Shown here: positions 41,249-53,051 of the stretch, piece after piece
Layout: each line of letters opens with the position of its first letter
Numbering within the stretch: position 1 is the stretch's first letter
DNA from: an uncultured Gammaproteobacteria bacterium
GTDB taxonomy: Bacteria; Pseudomonadota; Gammaproteobacteria; Steroidobacterales; Steroidobacteraceae
Reading direction: 5' to 3'
Assembly: GCA_963707565.1 (NCBI GenBank)
Contig: CAVPQN010000002.1
Location: 401,756 to 465,755, forward strand
Length of the DNA: 64,000 nucleotides
Position numbers and translations under genes: made by a program
Notes under the pieces: generated by a model
Database searches by the model: none
What the model was told of the DNA's origin: nothing
What the model saw: the letters and a program-made list of their open reading frames with translations, nothing else

Positions 41249-41929
41249 TCAGGAATCGTGCAGCAGCGCCCTGCAATCAAGGACCTGGGCGGTACTGGCC
41301 GGATCCGGCTTGGTCTGCCAGGGAACGATGCCCAGGCAGGGTGCGCTCAGGCGCCGGGTCAGGGTTTCGATATTGGCTTCAAGACGCGCCATGCCCGGGT
41401 CGATGACATTGCCCACCCAGGCGGCCAGGGTCAGTCCGCGGGCAGCCAGCGCTTCGGCAGTCAGCAGTGCGTGATTCAGGCAGCCCAGGCGCAATCCCAC
41501 CACCAGGATCACCTCCAGCCCGAGCCGCTGTGGCAATTCGGCCAGCGAGCGCTCATCGTCCATCGGCACCAGCAAGCCACCCGCACCTTCGACGATGACG
41601 CAGTCCGAATTGGCCTGCAGCTGGTGAAAAGCGCTGTCGATGCGCCCCATATCCATGGCTTGCCCGGATTCGGCGGCCGCGATATGCGGCGCAATGGCAG
41701 GCTGGTAAAGGCAGGGATTAACGATCGAATAGGGCTGCGCATCACTGGCGGCGGCCTGCAGCAGCAAGGCATCTTCATTGCCGCTGCCCGCTGCCGCGAG
41801 CCCGGCGGCCACCGGCTTCATGCCGGCGACGCGCAGGCCAGCCTGCTGCAGTCGCTGCATCAGCGCGGCGCTGACCAGGGTCTTGCCCACACCGGTGTCG
41901 GTGCCGGTCACAAAGAAATCCCTGCGCAT
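41249..41929 (-). CDS. bioD: Dethiobiotin synthase
   Basis: P-loop GTDTGVGKT. Last gene of the bioBFHCD row. Start at ATG 41929. Confidence 0.9.
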   Translation of the reverse strand: MRRDFFVTGTDTGVGKTLVSAALMQRLQQAGLRVAGMKPVAAGLAAAGSGNEDALLLQAAASDAQPYSIVNPCLYQPAIAPHIAAAESGQAMDMGRIDSAFHQLQANSDCVIVEGAGGLLVPMDDERSLAELPQRLGLEVILVVGLRLGCLNHALLTAEALAARGLTLAAWVGNVIDPGMARLEANIETLTRRLSAPCLGIVPWQTKPDPASTAQVLDCRALLHDS

Positions 41930-41930
41930 A

Positions 41931-42812
41931 TCAGCCACTCCTGCGCCCGATACTGTCGGGCGCGACCGTGAATTCACCGCGGCGCTGCGAGCGCTGCGGT
42001 GCCGTGGCACCTGGCGCCCAGGCCTGGCCGAAGATCACCTCGTAGCTGGCCGGCAGCAAGCCATCGCTGCGATATGCCTCGTATGCGTTGGTGGCAGCAA
42101 CAAGGCGCGCGCGCGTGGTCAGGCCGCGGGCTCGGCCGATGGTGGCATTGCCGGCACCAATCGCCTTGAGGTCGCGCATCAGGCCGGCCATGTCTGCGTA
42201 CTGCAGCGACATCCGCTCGATGTCGAGCACCGGTTCTGCCAGGCCAGCCCGCATCAGGCCCTCTCCAATCTGGTGCATGTCGGCAAACGGGCTGACATGG
42301 GTGTAGTCATCAGCCTCGGCCCAGGCCGAGCGCAGCTCATGCAGGGTGGCGGGCCCGAAAGTGGTGAAGCAGAGCACCCCGCGCGGACGCAGCACGCGGC
42401 GGAACTCACGAAATACCGCATCGAGGTCATCACACCATTGCAGCATCAGGTTGGAGAACAACAGGTCCACGCTGGCGCTCGCCAGTGGCAGGGCCAGTGC
42501 ATCGGCGCAAACGCGATCGAAACGCCGGAACCATCCCTGCTGCTGGCCGGCGACACGCAGCATGCCTGGCGCGATGTCCATAGCCACGACGCGCGCCTTA
42601 CGCCAGCGATCGCGCAGCGCTCGGGCGCCGTGGCCCGTGCCACAGCCCAGATCAACGATGGTTTCCGGGGCAAATCCCAGCCAGTCGAGTCGACCCAGCA
42701 ACAGTTCGCGAACCTGGCCCTGAAGTCGGGCGGCGGTGTCATAGCTGGTGCTGGCGCGATCGAAGGACCGGCGCACAACACGCTTTTCCAGGCGATATTC
42801 TGATTCAGTCAT
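41931..42812 (-). CDS. bioC: Malonyl-ACP O-methyltransferase
   Basis: SAM-methyltransferase motif VDLGCGTG. Position between bioH and bioD. Confidence 0.85.
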   Translation of the reverse strand: MTESEYRLEKRVVRRSFDRASTSYDTAARLQGQVRELLLGRLDWLGFAPETIVDLGCGTGHGARALRDRWRKARVVAMDIAPGMLRVAGQQQGWFRRFDRVCADALALPLASASVDLLFSNLMLQWCDDLDAVFREFRRVLRPRGVLCFTTFGPATLHELRSAWAEADDYTHVSPFADMHQIGEGLMRAGLAEPVLDIERMSLQYADMAGLMRDLKAIGAGNATIGRARGLTTRARLVAATNAYEAYRSDGLLPASYEVIFGQAWAPGATAPQRSQRRGEFTVAPDSIGRRSG

Positions 42813-43524
42813 TTTCTTGCAAGAAATCTGCTAATAGCCGCATGAAGCCAGCATGATCGGAGCAGAACGGCGCATGAGCTGCTTCCGGGAAGAGGCAAAC
42901 CCGGGCATTTGGCATGGTCTCCTGCAGGTATTGTCCCGCCGCCGCCGGCACCAGGCGGTCCTGGCCACCGGCAATCACCAATGTGGCGGCCTGGATGCCT
43001 GGCAGCTGCTGGCGCAAATCGGTATCGCGCAACACGGCCAAGCTGTCGGCCAAGGCGGCGCGATGGGTCTCGCCGGAGCGGCAGGCAGCGACACGTAACT
43101 CACGAAGTACGCGCCGTTCCTCACGGTCGCCTTGCGCCTGCAGCGCGGTGAAGCGCAGAAGCGCCGCAGGCGCATCCTGCGCCACGGATTCCTCGAATTC
43201 ACTGAATGCCGGCGCGGGCATGCCCCGGTTCCAGCCCGCTCCATTTACGAATCGCGGTGTGGCTGCCACCAGGATCAGGCGATTGACCTGTGTGGGGCGC
43301 GCGATGGCCAGTGCCAGGGCGAGCGTTGCGCCCAGTGACCAGCCCAGCACATTGCAACGCGCGGGCAGTTGTTCGGCCAGCTTGGCAACCCAGGCCTCCA
43401 GGCCACCGGCAATCGCGGGGCGCTCACCTTGACCGGGCAGGTCCAATGCGAGACCGCCCAGGGGCAGCAACGTACGGCGTGTCATGCCGAATCCCGGCAG
43501 CGTGACCAGGACGGGCGCACTCAT
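42805..43524 (-). CDS. bioH: Pimeloyl-ACP methyl ester esterase
   Basis: Alpha/beta hydrolase with nucleophile elbow GWSLGA. Position between bioF and bioC. Confidence 0.8.
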   Translation of the reverse strand: MSAPVLVTLPGFGMTRRTLLPLGGLALDLPGQGERPAIAGGLEAWVAKLAEQLPARCNVLGWSLGATLALALAIARPTQVNRLILVAATPRFVNGAGWNRGMPAPAFSEFEESVAQDAPAALLRFTALQAQGDREERRVLRELRVAACRSGETHRAALADSLAVLRDTDLRQQLPGIQAATLVIAGGQDRLVPAAAGQYLQETMPNARVCLFPEAAHAPFCSDHAGFMRLLADFLQEND

Positions 43525-44711
43525 GCAGATGATCCGGCGAGGCTCTCGGCCAGGGCGGTAACCAGGCCTGAGACTTCGCTTTCGCGATGCAGGGCTGAAA
43601 GCGTCACGCGCAGCCGCGAAGAACCCTCCGCGACGGTCGGTGGGCGAATGGCACTCACCAGGTAGCCGCGGCGCAGCAGGCGCTCGCTGGCCGCAAGCGC
43701 ATCGGCTGCGATGCCAACTACAACAGGCTGGATGGCGGTGAAGGAGGGCATCAGTGGTAAATGCTCGCGCGCGGCTTCACGACGAAATTGCTCGATGCGC
43801 GCCTGCAGCTGTTCGCGATGCCAGGGTTCGTTGATTGACACGGTAAGCGCCGCACGGGTGGCAGCGGCAACCGCCGGTGGCAACGCGGTCGTATAGATGT
43901 AGGTGCGCGCGCGCTGGATCAGCGTCTCGATCACATCGTTATCGGCAGCGACAAACGCGCCAAACGTGCCCAGCGCCTTGCCAAAAGTCCCCATCACAAT
44001 CGGCACGTCGTCGGCGCCCAGTCCATGGTGGGCAATGCTGCCGGCGCCTTGTGGGCCCAACGCGCCAAAGCCATGCGCATCATCGACAATCAGTGTCGCG
44101 CCGTGCGCGCGACAGGTCGCTGCCAGGGCGGGTAGCGGCGCCAGGTCGCCATCCATGCTGAAGACGCCGTCGGTGAGCACCAGCGCGGCGCGGCCCGGTG
44201 CCTTTGCCAGGCGAGTGGCGAGCGTCTCGACATCGCCATGCGGATAGCGCCACAGCCTGGCGCGAGTGAGTAATGCAGCGTCAAGCAGCGAGGCGTGATT
44301 GAGTCGGTCCTGGTGGACGATGGACCCGCGATCCGCCAGCGCAGAGACCACGCCGAGATTGGCCATGTAGCCGGTACTAAACAGCAAGGCACGCTCGCGC
44401 CCGGTGAATTCAGCCAGTTCCCGCTCCAGTGCTGCGTGTTCTGGATGATGGCCGGTCACCAGGTGCGCGGCACGGGCGCCAACGCCGTGACTGCTCGCCG
44501 CGCGTGTGAAGGCGGCAATGACCGCCGCGTGGTTGGCCAGCCCCAGGTAGTCGTTGCTGCAAAAATCCACGCAGCGCTGGCCGTCGGCGATGACTGTGGC
44601 GCGAGCTTCACCGCCCGCCTCGCGGGCCACGCTGCGACGCAGCCGATAAAGCCCATCGGATTTCAGTTGCTGCAGTCGTGCCGCCAGTGGTCCGGCGTCC
44701 GGGCCCGTCAT
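43521..44711 (-). CDS. bioF: 8-amino-7-oxononanoate synthase
   Basis: PLP-lysine block GTFGKALG and DDAHGFG. Start at ATG 44711. Confidence 0.9.
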   Translation of the reverse strand: MTGPDAGPLAARLQQLKSDGLYRLRRSVAREAGGEARATVIADGQRCVDFCSNDYLGLANHAAVIAAFTRAASSHGVGARAAHLVTGHHPEHAALERELAEFTGRERALLFSTGYMANLGVVSALADRGSIVHQDRLNHASLLDAALLTRARLWRYPHGDVETLATRLAKAPGRAALVLTDGVFSMDGDLAPLPALAATCRAHGATLIVDDAHGFGALGPQGAGSIAHHGLGADDVPIVMGTFGKALGTFGAFVAADNDVIETLIQRARTYIYTTALPPAVAAATRAALTVSINEPWHREQLQARIEQFRREAAREHLPLMPSFTAIQPVVVGIAADALAASERLLRRGYLVSAIRPPTVAEGSSRLRVTLSALHRESEVSGLVTALAESLAGSSA

Positions 44712-44716
44712 GGCAA

Positions 44717-45703
44717 TCAGTGCTGTGCCGCGGGTAGTGCCTCGGGACGAATGCCCAGGCGCTGGAATAGCCGCTGGTCGTGAACGGTGTCCGGATTGGT
44801 GGTAGTCAGCAGGCGCTCGCCGTAGAAGATGGAGTTGGCACCGGCGAGAAAGCACAGCGCCTGGGTCTCATCGCTCATGCCACTGCGTCCGGCCGACAGG
44901 CGCACATGGGCGCGCGGCATGAGGATGCGCGCCACCGCGATCATGCGCACAAAGTCCAGCGGATCCAGCGCTGCGCTGTCGGCCAGCGGGGTGCCGGCCA
45001 CCGGCACCAGGTGATTGATCGGCACCGACTGCGGATGCTCCGGCAGCGTGGCCAGCGTATGCAGCAGGCTGACGCGATCGGTCGCCGCCTCACCCATGCC
45101 GAGGATGCCGCCGCAGCAGACATTGATGCCGGCCTCGCGCACGGCCGAGAGCGTATCGAGGCGATCCTGGTAGCTGCGCGTGGTGACGACCTTGTCGTAG
45201 TACTCGGCCGAGGTGTCGAGGTTGTGGTTGTAGTAGTCGAGCCCGGCGTCCTTCAGTTTCGCCGCCTGCGCCGGCGTCAGCATGCCCAGCGTCGCGCAGG
45301 TCTCCATGCCCAGTGCACGGACCTCGCGCACCATCTCGGTGATCACCGCCAGGTCGCGGTCCTTCGGGCTGCGATAGGCCGCGCCCATGCAAAAGCGCGT
45401 CGCGCCATTGGCCTGGGCGGCGCGAGCGCGACCGACGACGTCCTCGATCTGCAGCAAGGCCTCGCGCTCAAGACCAGTGTCGTGGCGCACGCTCTGCGAG
45501 CAATAGCCGCAGTCCTCGGGACAGGCGCCGGTCTTGATCGACACCAGGGTCGAGACCTGCACGGTGTTGGGGTCGAAATGCCGGCGGTGCACCAGTTGCG
45601 CCTGGTGCATCAGGTCGGCAAAGGGCAGCGCGTGAAGTTCGCGAACTTCGTCCAGCGTCCAGTCAGTGCGGGTTTCACCAAGGCGGGTCAGGTCGAGGGT
45701 CAT
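44717..45703 (-). CDS. bioB: Biotin synthase
   Basis: Radical-SAM motif [11 protein letters not shown]. Start at ATG 45703 (MTLDLTRLG...); the long 5' extension is rejected. Confidence 0.95.
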   Translation of the reverse strand: MTLDLTRLGETRTDWTLDEVRELHALPFADLMHQAQLVHRRHFDPNTVQVSTLVSIKTGACPEDCGYCSQSVRHDTGLEREALLQIEDVVGRARAAQANGATRFCMGAAYRSPKDRDLAVITEMVREVRALGMETCATLGMLTPAQAAKLKDAGLDYYNHNLDTSAEYYDKVVTTRSYQDRLDTLSAVREAGINVCCGGILGMGEAATDRVSLLHTLATLPEHPQSVPINHLVPVAGTPLADSAALDPLDFVRMIAVARILMPRAHVRLSAGRSGMSDETQALCFLAGANSIFYGERLLTTTNPDTVHDQRLFQRLGIRPEALPAAQH

Positions 45704-45768
45704 GTTTGCATCCAAAGTCGCGGGAAATTCACTTCGCCTGCCGTCGGGGGCCGGGGCAGGCTGCTCTG

Positions 45769-46512
45769 GTGCGCGAGTATTGGAGCCATGGCTGGCACTG
45801 TCAACCTGGCGCAGGGGCCTGGGTTTACCATCAGTTGCAACTGCTCTCCGGGCAGCTTTTCCCGCCCACTTGCGTGCTATGCCTTGATCCGGGGCAGCGC
45901 CCGGCACTGGATCTTTGCGCCGCCTGCGAGGCTGACCTGCCCTGGCTGGGGGCATCCTGCCCGCGCTGCGCCGAAATGGGGCACGGTCTACTGCCCTGCA
46001 AGCGTTGCCGACGTCAGCCACCACCTTTTGACCGGGTCATCGCCGCGTTTCATTACGACTTCCCGGTGGCCGAGTTGATTCGCGACCTGAAGTATCGGGG
46101 CGACATTTCGCGGGGGCGCGTCCTCGGAACGTTGCTCTCGCGTCGCATCGCCACCCATCGCAGCCAGGTTGAGGCTGTCTTGCCGGTGCCCCTGCATGCC
46201 CTGCGCGAGCGCGAGCGCGGCTACAACCAGGCGCTGGAGATTGCCCGCTACGCAGCCCGGCCACTGGGGCTGCCGGTGCTGCACGGGCTGGTGCGGCGCA
46301 AGCGCGCAACGCTGGAGCAGGCGGGCCTGGGCCGGCGTGCCCGGCGCGTCAACCTGAAGGATGCGTTTGCTGTGCGCCCGGGCGCTGTGCCATCACGCCT
46401 TGCCATCGTTGATGACGTCGTGACCACGGGCGCGACGGCGGTGGCGCTGGCTTCATGCCTGCGCGCAGCAGGCGTCGAATGGATCGAAGTCTGGGCGGTG
46501 GCGCGCGCCTAG
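45769..46512 (+). CDS. comF: ComF-family phosphoribosyltransferase-like protein
   Basis: N-terminal Cys-rich zinc-finger region (CVLC...CAAC...CPRC...CKRC) and PRTase motif [13 protein letters not shown]. The start is uncertain: TTG 45706 in the track, GTG 45769, or TTG 45835. Confidence 0.8.
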   Translation: MREYWSHGWHCQPGAGAWVYHQLQLLSGQLFPPTCVLCLDPGQRPALDLCAACEADLPWLGASCPRCAEMGHGLLPCKRCRRQPPPFDRVIAAFHYDFPVAELIRDLKYRGDISRGRVLGTLLSRRIATHRSQVEAVLPVPLHALRERERGYNQALEIARYAARPLGLPVLHGLVRRKRATLEQAGLGRRARRVNLKDAFAVRPGAVPSRLAIVDDVVTTGATAVALASCLRAAGVEWIEVWAVARA

Positions 46513-47468
46513 CGGTACAGGAAATCCAGCGCCAGGCCGATGAAGACCACCAGGCCAAAGTAGTGGTTGTTATTGAAGGCCTGGAAGCAGCGGGCGGGTT
46601 CGCGCTGGCGGATCAGGCGCTGCTGGTAGGCAAAGATGGCGGCGCCCGCAATGAGGCCCGCGTCGTACCAGCGCCCGAAACCCTCACCATCACCGATCAG
46701 CCACAAGGACAACAGCACCATCACCTGCATCACGCCAATGATCAGGCGATCGGCATCGCCGAACAGTATCGCAGTGGACTTGATGCCGGCAGCCAGGTCA
46801 TCGGCGCGATCCACCATGGCATACATGGTGTCGTAGACCGCCGCCCACAGTACGACCGTGGCGAGAATCAACCAGGCCACGCTCGGCACGGCACCGGTCA
46901 GCGCGGCGAATGCCATCGGTGACGACCAGCCGAAGGCGAGCCCGAGGTAGAACTGCGGCAGGTGCACGAAGCGCTTGAGGAAAGGATAAGTAACGGTGAG
47001 CGCGCCACCGGCTGCGGCGTACATCTGCGCCAGTGGATCCAGCTGCAACGCCAGCCAGATCGCGATCAGCCCCAGCGAGAAAAACAGCGCCAGGGCCTCG
47101 CCCGGACTGACGCGCCCCGAGGCCAGCGGCCGCCCACGCGTGCGCTCGACCCTGGGGTCGATCTCACGGTCGGCGTAGTCATTGATGACACAACCCGCGG
47201 AGCGCATGACCACGACGCCGGCCATGAAGATCAGGAAAATGTCCGGGGTAGGTCGGCCGGCGCCCGCTATCCACAGTGCCCACAGCGTTGGCCACAGCAG
47301 CAGCCAGATGCCGATGGGACGATGCAGCCGCATCAACAGCGCGTAGTCATTTAGTGAGCGGCCCAGGGCCATGCCGGCGCTGCGCAAGGGCGTCGGGCGC
47401 CAGCGTGGCTTGTAGGTGGGGTCGCGCGGAGCGCGGCGCGGTGGCGCGGGACGCAATTCTTCGCTCAT
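46509..47468 (-). CDS. ubiA: 4-hydroxybenzoate polyprenyltransferase
   Basis: NDYADREID motif and a polytopic body. ATGA overlap with the ubiC stop. Confidence 0.9.
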   Translation of the reverse strand: MSEELRPAPPRRAPRDPTYKPRWRPTPLRSAGMALGRSLNDYALLMRLHRPIGIWLLLWPTLWALWIAGAGRPTPDIFLIFMAGVVVMRSAGCVINDYADREIDPRVERTRGRPLASGRVSPGEALALFFSLGLIAIWLALQLDPLAQMYAAAGGALTVTYPFLKRFVHLPQFYLGLAFGWSSPMAFAALTGAVPSVAWLILATVVLWAAVYDTMYAMVDRADDLAAGIKSTAILFGDADRLIIGVMQVMVLLSLWLIGDGEGFGRWYDAGLIAGAAIFAYQQRLIRQREPARCFQAFNNNHYFGLVVFIGLALDFLYR

Positions 47469-48019
47469 GACAGTGAGGATGGCAGGAAGACTTCCTGCAC
47501 CAGGAGTCGGTCGCCATTCATCGCAAACCAGGAGCGTCGTGCCCACAAGTGCTTGGGCCGGATGGCGCAATTTCGCGCGGCGCGCTCAAACAAGGCATGA
47601 CCGGGTTGCAGGCGCGAAAATTCCAGCAGCCCGCGCTGGATGCCGGGCACGTCCGCCAGGCGTGCGCCGAGGGCGGAATCACCCAGGGCCGCCAGCCAGG
47701 GGTGGCGGGCCATGGTGGCTTCCGGGATCAGCGTCTGCGCAAAGATCCACGCATCACCGCCGCAGGTGAGCTCGACTTCGCGTACATGTCCGGCCATCGA
47801 ACTGGCATCGAGCAGCGCGCAATGTGCCGGCGACAGTTCCGTTGCCTGCTGGCCGACCACCACCAACCCCGCGCAATCCGCGCATCGTGCCTGTAGCCGT
47901 GCAGTCAGCAGGCCTGGCTCGGAGAGCCAGGCGCGCACGGCTTCGTTACTGGCGTCAGCCAGGGTGGCGGACCAGTCTTCGGCCGGTTCAAGGGTGGTGG
48001 CGGGCGCGGGCATGTTCAT
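47465..48019 (-). CDS. ubiC: Chorismate pyruvate-lyase
   Basis: 184 aa directly upstream of ubiA. LWARRSWF block typical of UbiC. Confidence 0.7.
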   Translation of the reverse strand: MNMPAPATTLEPAEDWSATLADASNEAVRAWLSEPGLLTARLQARCADCAGLVVVGQQATELSPAHCALLDASSMAGHVREVELTCGGDAWIFAQTLIPEATMARHPWLAALGDSALGARLADVPGIQRGLLEFSRLQPGHALFERAARNCAIRPKHLWARRSWFAMNGDRLLVQEVFLPSSLS

Positions 48020-50091
48020 ACTTTACCGTAGCGGGTTCCTGCACCAATCCATCGGCGCTTGAGCGGCGCAATGTTATCGGGATGTGCGTCCAGCATCACG
48101 TCTGCTGCCTGCTGGACCCGTGGCAGCAGGTCGGCGTCGCGCATCAGGTCGGCGACACGCAGCTGCAGCAGGCCGGTCTGGCGGGTACCCAGCAACTCGC
48201 CTGGGCCGCGCAACTCCAGGTCGCGCCGCGCCACTTCAAATCCATCATTGGTGGAGCGCATGACCTGCAGGCGCTCGCGCGCCAGCGCCGACAGCGGCGC
48301 ATGGTACATGAGCACGCAATGGCTTTCGGCCGCGCCGCGACCAATGCGCCCGCGTAGCTGGTGCAGCTGCGCCAGGCCCATGCGCTCGGCGTTCTCGACA
48401 ACCATCAGGCTGGCATTGGCGACATCGACGCCAACCTCGATGACCGTGGTGGCGACCAGGAGCTGGATCAGGCCCGCCTTGAACCGCGCCATGGTCTTTT
48501 CTTTTGCGGTTGCGGGCATGCGCCCGTGCACCAGCCCAACCACGATTCCGGGCAGGGCCGCGGCCAAGGCCGCTGCGGTCTCCTCGGCCGCCTGCGCTTC
48601 CAGCGCGTCGGATTCCTCGATCAGCGGACACACCCAGTAGGCCTGGCGTCCCTCGCCGCAGGCCACCTCGATGCGCTGGACCACCTCATCGCGACGGCTG
48701 TCGGGTATCACTGCGGTGCTGACTGGCGTGCGCCCGGGCGGCAATTCGTCAATGACCGAGACATCCAGGTCAGCATAGGCGGTCATCGCCAGGGTGCGTG
48801 GTATCGGCGTGGCGGTCATGATCAATTGATGTGGAAAGCGCCCCTTGGCGCTGCCCTTGTCCCTTAGCGCCAGGCGTTGATGCACGCCGAATCGATGCTG
48901 CTCATCCACGACCACCAGTGAGAGCTGCTTGAACTGCACGCCTTCCTGGAATAGCGCATGCGTGCCGATCACCAGGCTGACGGTGCCGTCGGCTATCGCC
49001 GCCAGGGTGCTGGCCCGGACGCGCGCGGTCAGCCGCCCGGTCAGCAGCAGTGACGAAATCCCCAGCGGCTGCAGCCAACGCGAGAAATTCTGTGCGTGTT
49101 GATCGGCGAGCAATTCCGTCGGCGCCATCAGCGCGGCCTGTCCGCCGCATTCAATAGCCGACATTGCCGCCAGCGCGGCGACGACAGTCTTGCCGGAGCC
49201 GACATCGCCCTGCACCAGGCGCAGCATGGGGTGGTCGCGACGCAGGTCGGTATCGATCTCGGCTGCCACGCGTTGCTGTGCTGCAGTCAACGAGAAGCCG
49301 ATGGACTGCATCAGGCGTGCAGCCAGCTTGCCCGCCGCCGCCAGTGGCCAGGCGGGATCCGCCTGGGCCTCGCGGCGCAATTGCCGCAGCGTTAATTGAT
49401 GCGCGAGCAGTTCCTCGAAGGAAAGGCGACGCTGCGCCGGATGGTGGCCGCTGGCCAGCAAGGAAAGCTCGGCCTCCGGCGGCGGACGATGAACGTACTC
49501 CAGCGCCTCGGCCAGCTGCGGAAACTGCAATTCCCGCGTCAACGCCGCAGGCAGCCAGTCGGGCAAGCCCTGGCTGGCCAGTCCGGCCAGCGCCTGCGCC
49601 GTCAGCAGGCGCAGGCGACCCTGTTGCACGCCTTCGGTGGCCGGGTAGATGGGCGTGAGTGAGCCCTCGACGGCCTGCGCATCCGGCAAGTCGGCGAGGC
49701 GATATTCGGGATGCACGATTTCAAGTCCGAGCGGTCCGCGCCTGGCTTCGCCGAAGCAGCGCAGGCGGGTATTGCGGGCCAGTTGCTGTTGCTGCGCGCC
49801 ACTGAAGTGGAAGAAGCGCAGCGTCAGGAAGCCGGTGCCATCGCTGAGTCGAATCAACAAGGAACGTCGCTTGCGAAAGGTGACTTCGGCCAGCTGGATC
49901 TCGCCTTCCACCACCGCGCGATCACCAGGCTTCAGGCTGCCGATGGGCACGACGCGGGTGCGATCCTCGTAGCGCGCCGGCAGCAGGAACAGCAGGTCCT
50001 CGACAGTTTCGATGTCGAGACGCTTCAGGCGGCCGGCCAGTGACGGGCCAACCCCCTTGAGTAGGGTCACCGGCCTCTCGGCGAGTGTCAC
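48016..50091 (-). CDS. recG: ATP-dependent DNA helicase RecG
   Basis: 691 aa. N-terminal wedge domain, [15 protein letters not shown], and [12 protein letters not shown]. Confidence 0.95.
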   Translation of the reverse strand: MTLAERPVTLLKGVGPSLAGRLKRLDIETVEDLLFLLPARYEDRTRVVPIGSLKPGDRAVVEGEIQLAEVTFRKRRSLLIRLSDGTGFLTLRFFHFSGAQQQQLARNTRLRCFGEARRGPLGLEIVHPEYRLADLPDAQAVEGSLTPIYPATEGVQQGRLRLLTAQALAGLASQGLPDWLPAALTRELQFPQLAEALEYVHRPPPEAELSLLASGHHPAQRRLSFEELLAHQLTLRQLRREAQADPAWPLAAAGKLAARLMQSIGFSLTAAQQRVAAEIDTDLRRDHPMLRLVQGDVGSGKTVVAALAAMSAIECGGQAALMAPTELLADQHAQNFSRWLQPLGISSLLLTGRLTARVRASTLAAIADGTVSLVIGTHALFQEGVQFKQLSLVVVDEQHRFGVHQRLALRDKGSAKGRFPHQLIMTATPIPRTLAMTAYADLDVSVIDELPPGRTPVSTAVIPDSRRDEVVQRIEVACGEGRQAYWVCPLIEESDALEAQAAEETAAALAAALPGIVVGLVHGRMPATAKEKTMARFKAGLIQLLVATTVIEVGVDVANASLMVVENAERMGLAQLHQLRGRIGRGAAESHCVLMYHAPLSALARERLQVMRSTNDGFEVARRDLELRGPGELLGTRQTGLLQLRVADLMRDADLLPRVQQAADVMLDAHPDNIAPLKRRWIGAGTRYGKV

Positions 50092-50468
50092 GGCACCAGG
50101 ATGCAGTCGATCTCGACCTGCGCGCCGCGCGGCAGCGCAGCAACACCGATGGTGACCCGCGCCGGGAAGGGCGCATTGAAGTATTCGGCCATCACGCTGT
50201 TCACCACGGCGAACTGGCCAAGGTCCGTCAGGTAGATGGTCACGCGTACGGCATCGGCCAGGCGACTGCCGGCGGCGTCGGCCACTGCGGAGAGATTCTC
50301 AAACACGCGTCTCGCTTCGGCCTCGAATCCGCCGGTGACCAACTCGCCCGTGGCCGGATCCAGCGGTATCTGTCCCGACAGGTAGATGGTGTCGCCGGCC
50401 TGTACGGCCTGCGAATAGGGGCCAATGGCCTTGGGGGCCTGGTCCGTATGAATGATGCGTCGCGTCAT
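50088..50468 (-). CDS. ridA: RidA-family reactive enamine/imine deaminase
   Basis: 126 aa. YjgF/RidA blocks [11 protein letters not shown] and [15 protein letters not shown]. Confidence 0.9.
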   Translation of the reverse strand: MTRRIIHTDQAPKAIGPYSQAVQAGDTIYLSGQIPLDPATGELVTGGFEAEARRVFENLSAVADAAGSRLADAVRVTIYLTDLGQFAVVNSVMAEYFNAPFPARVTIGVAALPRGAQVEIDCILVP

Positions 50469-50511
50469 TGTTGGCTCCGTCGTTGGCCGGGTGGCCGACA
50501 GGATAGCGGTG

Positions 50512-52662
50512 TCAGGTCAGTGTGCGCTCGACCTTCAGCACTTCCGGCATGGCACGTATGGCGCGAATCAGGCGCGCAAGGTGCGAGCGGTCCTCGACCT
50601 GCACCTCGAACATGATCACCGAGGTGTCGCCGGAGGCCGAATCCACGTTGACGTGGCTGATGTTGCTCTTCTCGGCAGCGATCTGTGCCGCGACCTGCGC
50701 CAGCATGCCCATCCGGTTCTCGACCTCGACGCGCAATTCGGAACTGAACAGGCGGCCCTGTTCCTTCTGCCAGGAGGCGGAAATCCACTTGTCGGGCTGC
50801 TTGCCATAGCCGGAAATGTTGGAGCAGTTTTCCCGGTGGATCACTACGCCGCGGCCGCTGGACAGGAACGCGACCACCGGATCATAGGGAATCGGGAAGC
50901 AGCAGCGTGCATAGCTGACCACCAGCCCTTCGGTACCAGCAATGCACAGGGGCTCCAGCGTACCGCCGACTGCGGGCTCGGCATCACGCGGCAGCAAGCG
51001 CCGCGCGACCAGTCGTGAAATGCGCTCGCCCAGGCCCACGCGCTCCAGCAATTCGCGCCCGTCACGCAGGTTCAGCGCCTGCGCCACCTCATCCAGGCGG
51101 CCGGCCGGCAAGCCCTTGACCGTCAGCTTGAATTCGCCGAGGGCCTGGTTGAGCATCCGCGTCCCCAGGTTGACGGCTTCGCCGCGCTTGAGCGTGCGCA
51201 GGTAATGGCGAATGGTCGAGCGGGCCTTGGCGGAGACCACGAAATTGGCCCAGGCTGGATTCGGCTGCGCACCCTTGGCGGTGATGATCTCGACCGTCTG
51301 GCCATTTCGCAGCACGGTGCGCAAGGGCACCAGGCGCCTATCCACCTTGGCGGCAACGCAACGCTGGCCGACGCCGGTATGTACGGCAAAGGCAAAGTCC
51401 ACGCAGGTGGCGCCACGCGGCAGGCGCATGATGTCGCCACGCGGCGTGAACACGTAGACCTTGTCCGGGAACAAGTCGACCTTCACGCCCTCGAGCAATT
51501 CCTCCGCCGTGCCTTCCTGTAGCTGCATCACGCTTTGCAGCCACTCGCGGGCGCGACCCTGCTGGGCGTCAGCCGTGCTCTCGCCGGTCTTGTACTGCCA
51601 GTGCGCGGCGATGCCGGATTCCGCGAGGCGGTGCATATCGCGGGTGCGGATCTGCACCTCGATCGGAATGCCATTGGGGCCAAACAGCGTGGTGTGCAAC
51701 GACTGGTAGCCGTTGACCCGCGGGATGGCGATGTAGTCCTTGAAGCGCCCGGGCATCGGCCTGAACTGGCCGTGCACCACGCCGAGCACCCGGTAGCAGT
51801 CATCCGCCGAGTTGACCACGATGCGCAGGCCAAAGACGTCGACGATCTGCGCCAGTGGCAGGCGCTTGCGCCGCATCTTGGCGTAGATGCTGAACAAGTG
51901 CTTTTCGCGCGCCTCCACTTCGGCGGTTACGCCGGCAGTTTCCAGTGCCGTACGCAAGGCCTTGTTGATCTTCGGCAGGAATTCCTTCTGGTTGCCGCGC
52001 GCGCGCTTGAGCTCGCGCTCAATGACGCGGTAACGCTGCGGATAGAGGGTGCGAAAGCCAATGTCCTCAAGCTCCAGCTTGATGGAATGGATGCCCAGGC
52101 GATTGGCGATCGGCGCGTAGATGTCCAGCGTCTCGCGCGCCACGGCGCGGCGCTTCTGCGGTGGCATCGACGACAGCGTGCGCATGTTGTGGGTGCGATC
52201 GGCAAGCTTGACCATGATCACGCGGATGTCGCGCACCATGGCCAGGATCATCTTGCGAAAGCTTTCGGCCTGCGCTTCCTTGCGGCTCTTGAACTGGATC
52301 TGGTCGAGCTTGGTGACGCCATCGACGATTTCGGCGACTTCGCGGCCGAAGCGCTCGGCGATTTCCGCCGCTGAGGATGGCGTGTCCTCGACCACGTCAT
52401 GCAACAGGGCAGCCGTGAGCGTTGCGCCATCCATATGCAGGTCAGCGAGGATGTCGGCCACCGCGATCGGGTGGGTGATGTAGGCCTCGCCGGACTGGCG
52501 CTTCTGGCCCTGGTGTGCGGCCGCAGCAAACTCGTGCGCTTCGCGCAGGCGCTCGACCTGGTCCGGGGGCAAGTAGCCCTCGACCTTGGCGATCAGTTGC
52601 GGAAGTCCGGGAGCGCGTCGACCACCCGGCAGCAGCCCAAGGATGGAGGACGCGTAGTTCAT
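50512..52662 (-). CDS. spoT: Bifunctional (p)ppGpp synthetase/hydrolase SpoT
   Basis: 716 aa. HD hydrolase block YITHPIAVA...LLHDVVEDT, synthetase domain, TGS and ACT domains. Downstream of rpoZ. Confidence 0.9.
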   Translation of the reverse strand: MNYASSILGLLPGGRRAPGLPQLIAKVEGYLPPDQVERLREAHEFAAAAHQGQKRQSGEAYITHPIAVADILADLHMDGATLTAALLHDVVEDTPSSAAEIAERFGREVAEIVDGVTKLDQIQFKSRKEAQAESFRKMILAMVRDIRVIMVKLADRTHNMRTLSSMPPQKRRAVARETLDIYAPIANRLGIHSIKLELEDIGFRTLYPQRYRVIERELKRARGNQKEFLPKINKALRTALETAGVTAEVEAREKHLFSIYAKMRRKRLPLAQIVDVFGLRIVVNSADDCYRVLGVVHGQFRPMPGRFKDYIAIPRVNGYQSLHTTLFGPNGIPIEVQIRTRDMHRLAESGIAAHWQYKTGESTADAQQGRAREWLQSVMQLQEGTAEELLEGVKVDLFPDKVYVFTPRGDIMRLPRGATCVDFAFAVHTGVGQRCVAAKVDRRLVPLRTVLRNGQTVEIITAKGAQPNPAWANFVVSAKARSTIRHYLRTLKRGEAVNLGTRMLNQALGEFKLTVKGLPAGRLDEVAQALNLRDGRELLERVGLGERISRLVARRLLPRDAEPAVGGTLEPLCIAGTEGLVVSYARCCFPIPYDPVVAFLSSGRGVVIHRENCSNISGYGKQPDKWISASWQKEQGRLFSSELRVEVENRMGMLAQVAAQIAAEKSNISHVNVDSASGDTSVIMFEVQVEDRSHLARLIRAIRAMPEVLKVERTLT

Positions 52663-52681
52663 TGGCGCAAGCGCCCCGGGG

Positions 52682-52969
52682 TCAGTCCCCCAGGCCCAGC
52701 TGCGGTGCGCGGAAGTCCGTGTCCAGATCCATCGGCGGCTCGATGATGATCTCCGGTTCCGGCTCGGGGTCCGGCTCGCTCATGAGATCCATGGTCACCT
52801 TGCCCTCGGCAATCTCGCGCAGCGCCACCACCGTGACCTTGTCGTTCTCCCAATCAACGCGGGCTTCCGCGCCATTGGCCAGCTGACGCGAGCGCTTGGA
52901 GGCCAGGAGGACGAGGTCGAACAGATTGTCGACCGAATGCATGCAGTCTTCGACGGTGATGCGAGCCAT
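52682..52969 (-). CDS. rpoZ: RNA polymerase omega subunit
   Basis: MARITVEDC...[16 protein letters not shown], with an acidic C-terminal tail. Confidence 0.95.
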   Translation of the reverse strand: MARITVEDCMHSVDNLFDLVLLASKRSRQLANGAEARVDWENDKVTVVALREIAEGKVTMDLMSEPDPEPEPEIIIEPPMDLDTDFRAPQLGLGD

Positions 52970-53051
52970 GGGAAAAGTCCATTAATTCAGGCAATTGGAC
53001 CGGAAAGGATACCGGAACCGGGGTGTCCGGGCCAGCGCCGCGTGACAAGGC

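Noticed and set aside
45704-45830. E. coli-type BirA bio operator upstream of bioB
   Set aside because: I could not find a TGTAAACC/GGTTTACA-like 40-bp palindrome in the divergent region.
44780-46078. 432-aa plus-strand ORF
   Set aside because: It is antisense to bioB, whose radical-SAM CxxxCxxC motif is on the minus strand.
52682-52800. Short periodic acidic repeat (EPDPEPEPE) at the 3' end of rpoZ
   Set aside because: It is a low-complexity acidic tail inside a confidently called gene, not an independent repeat element.
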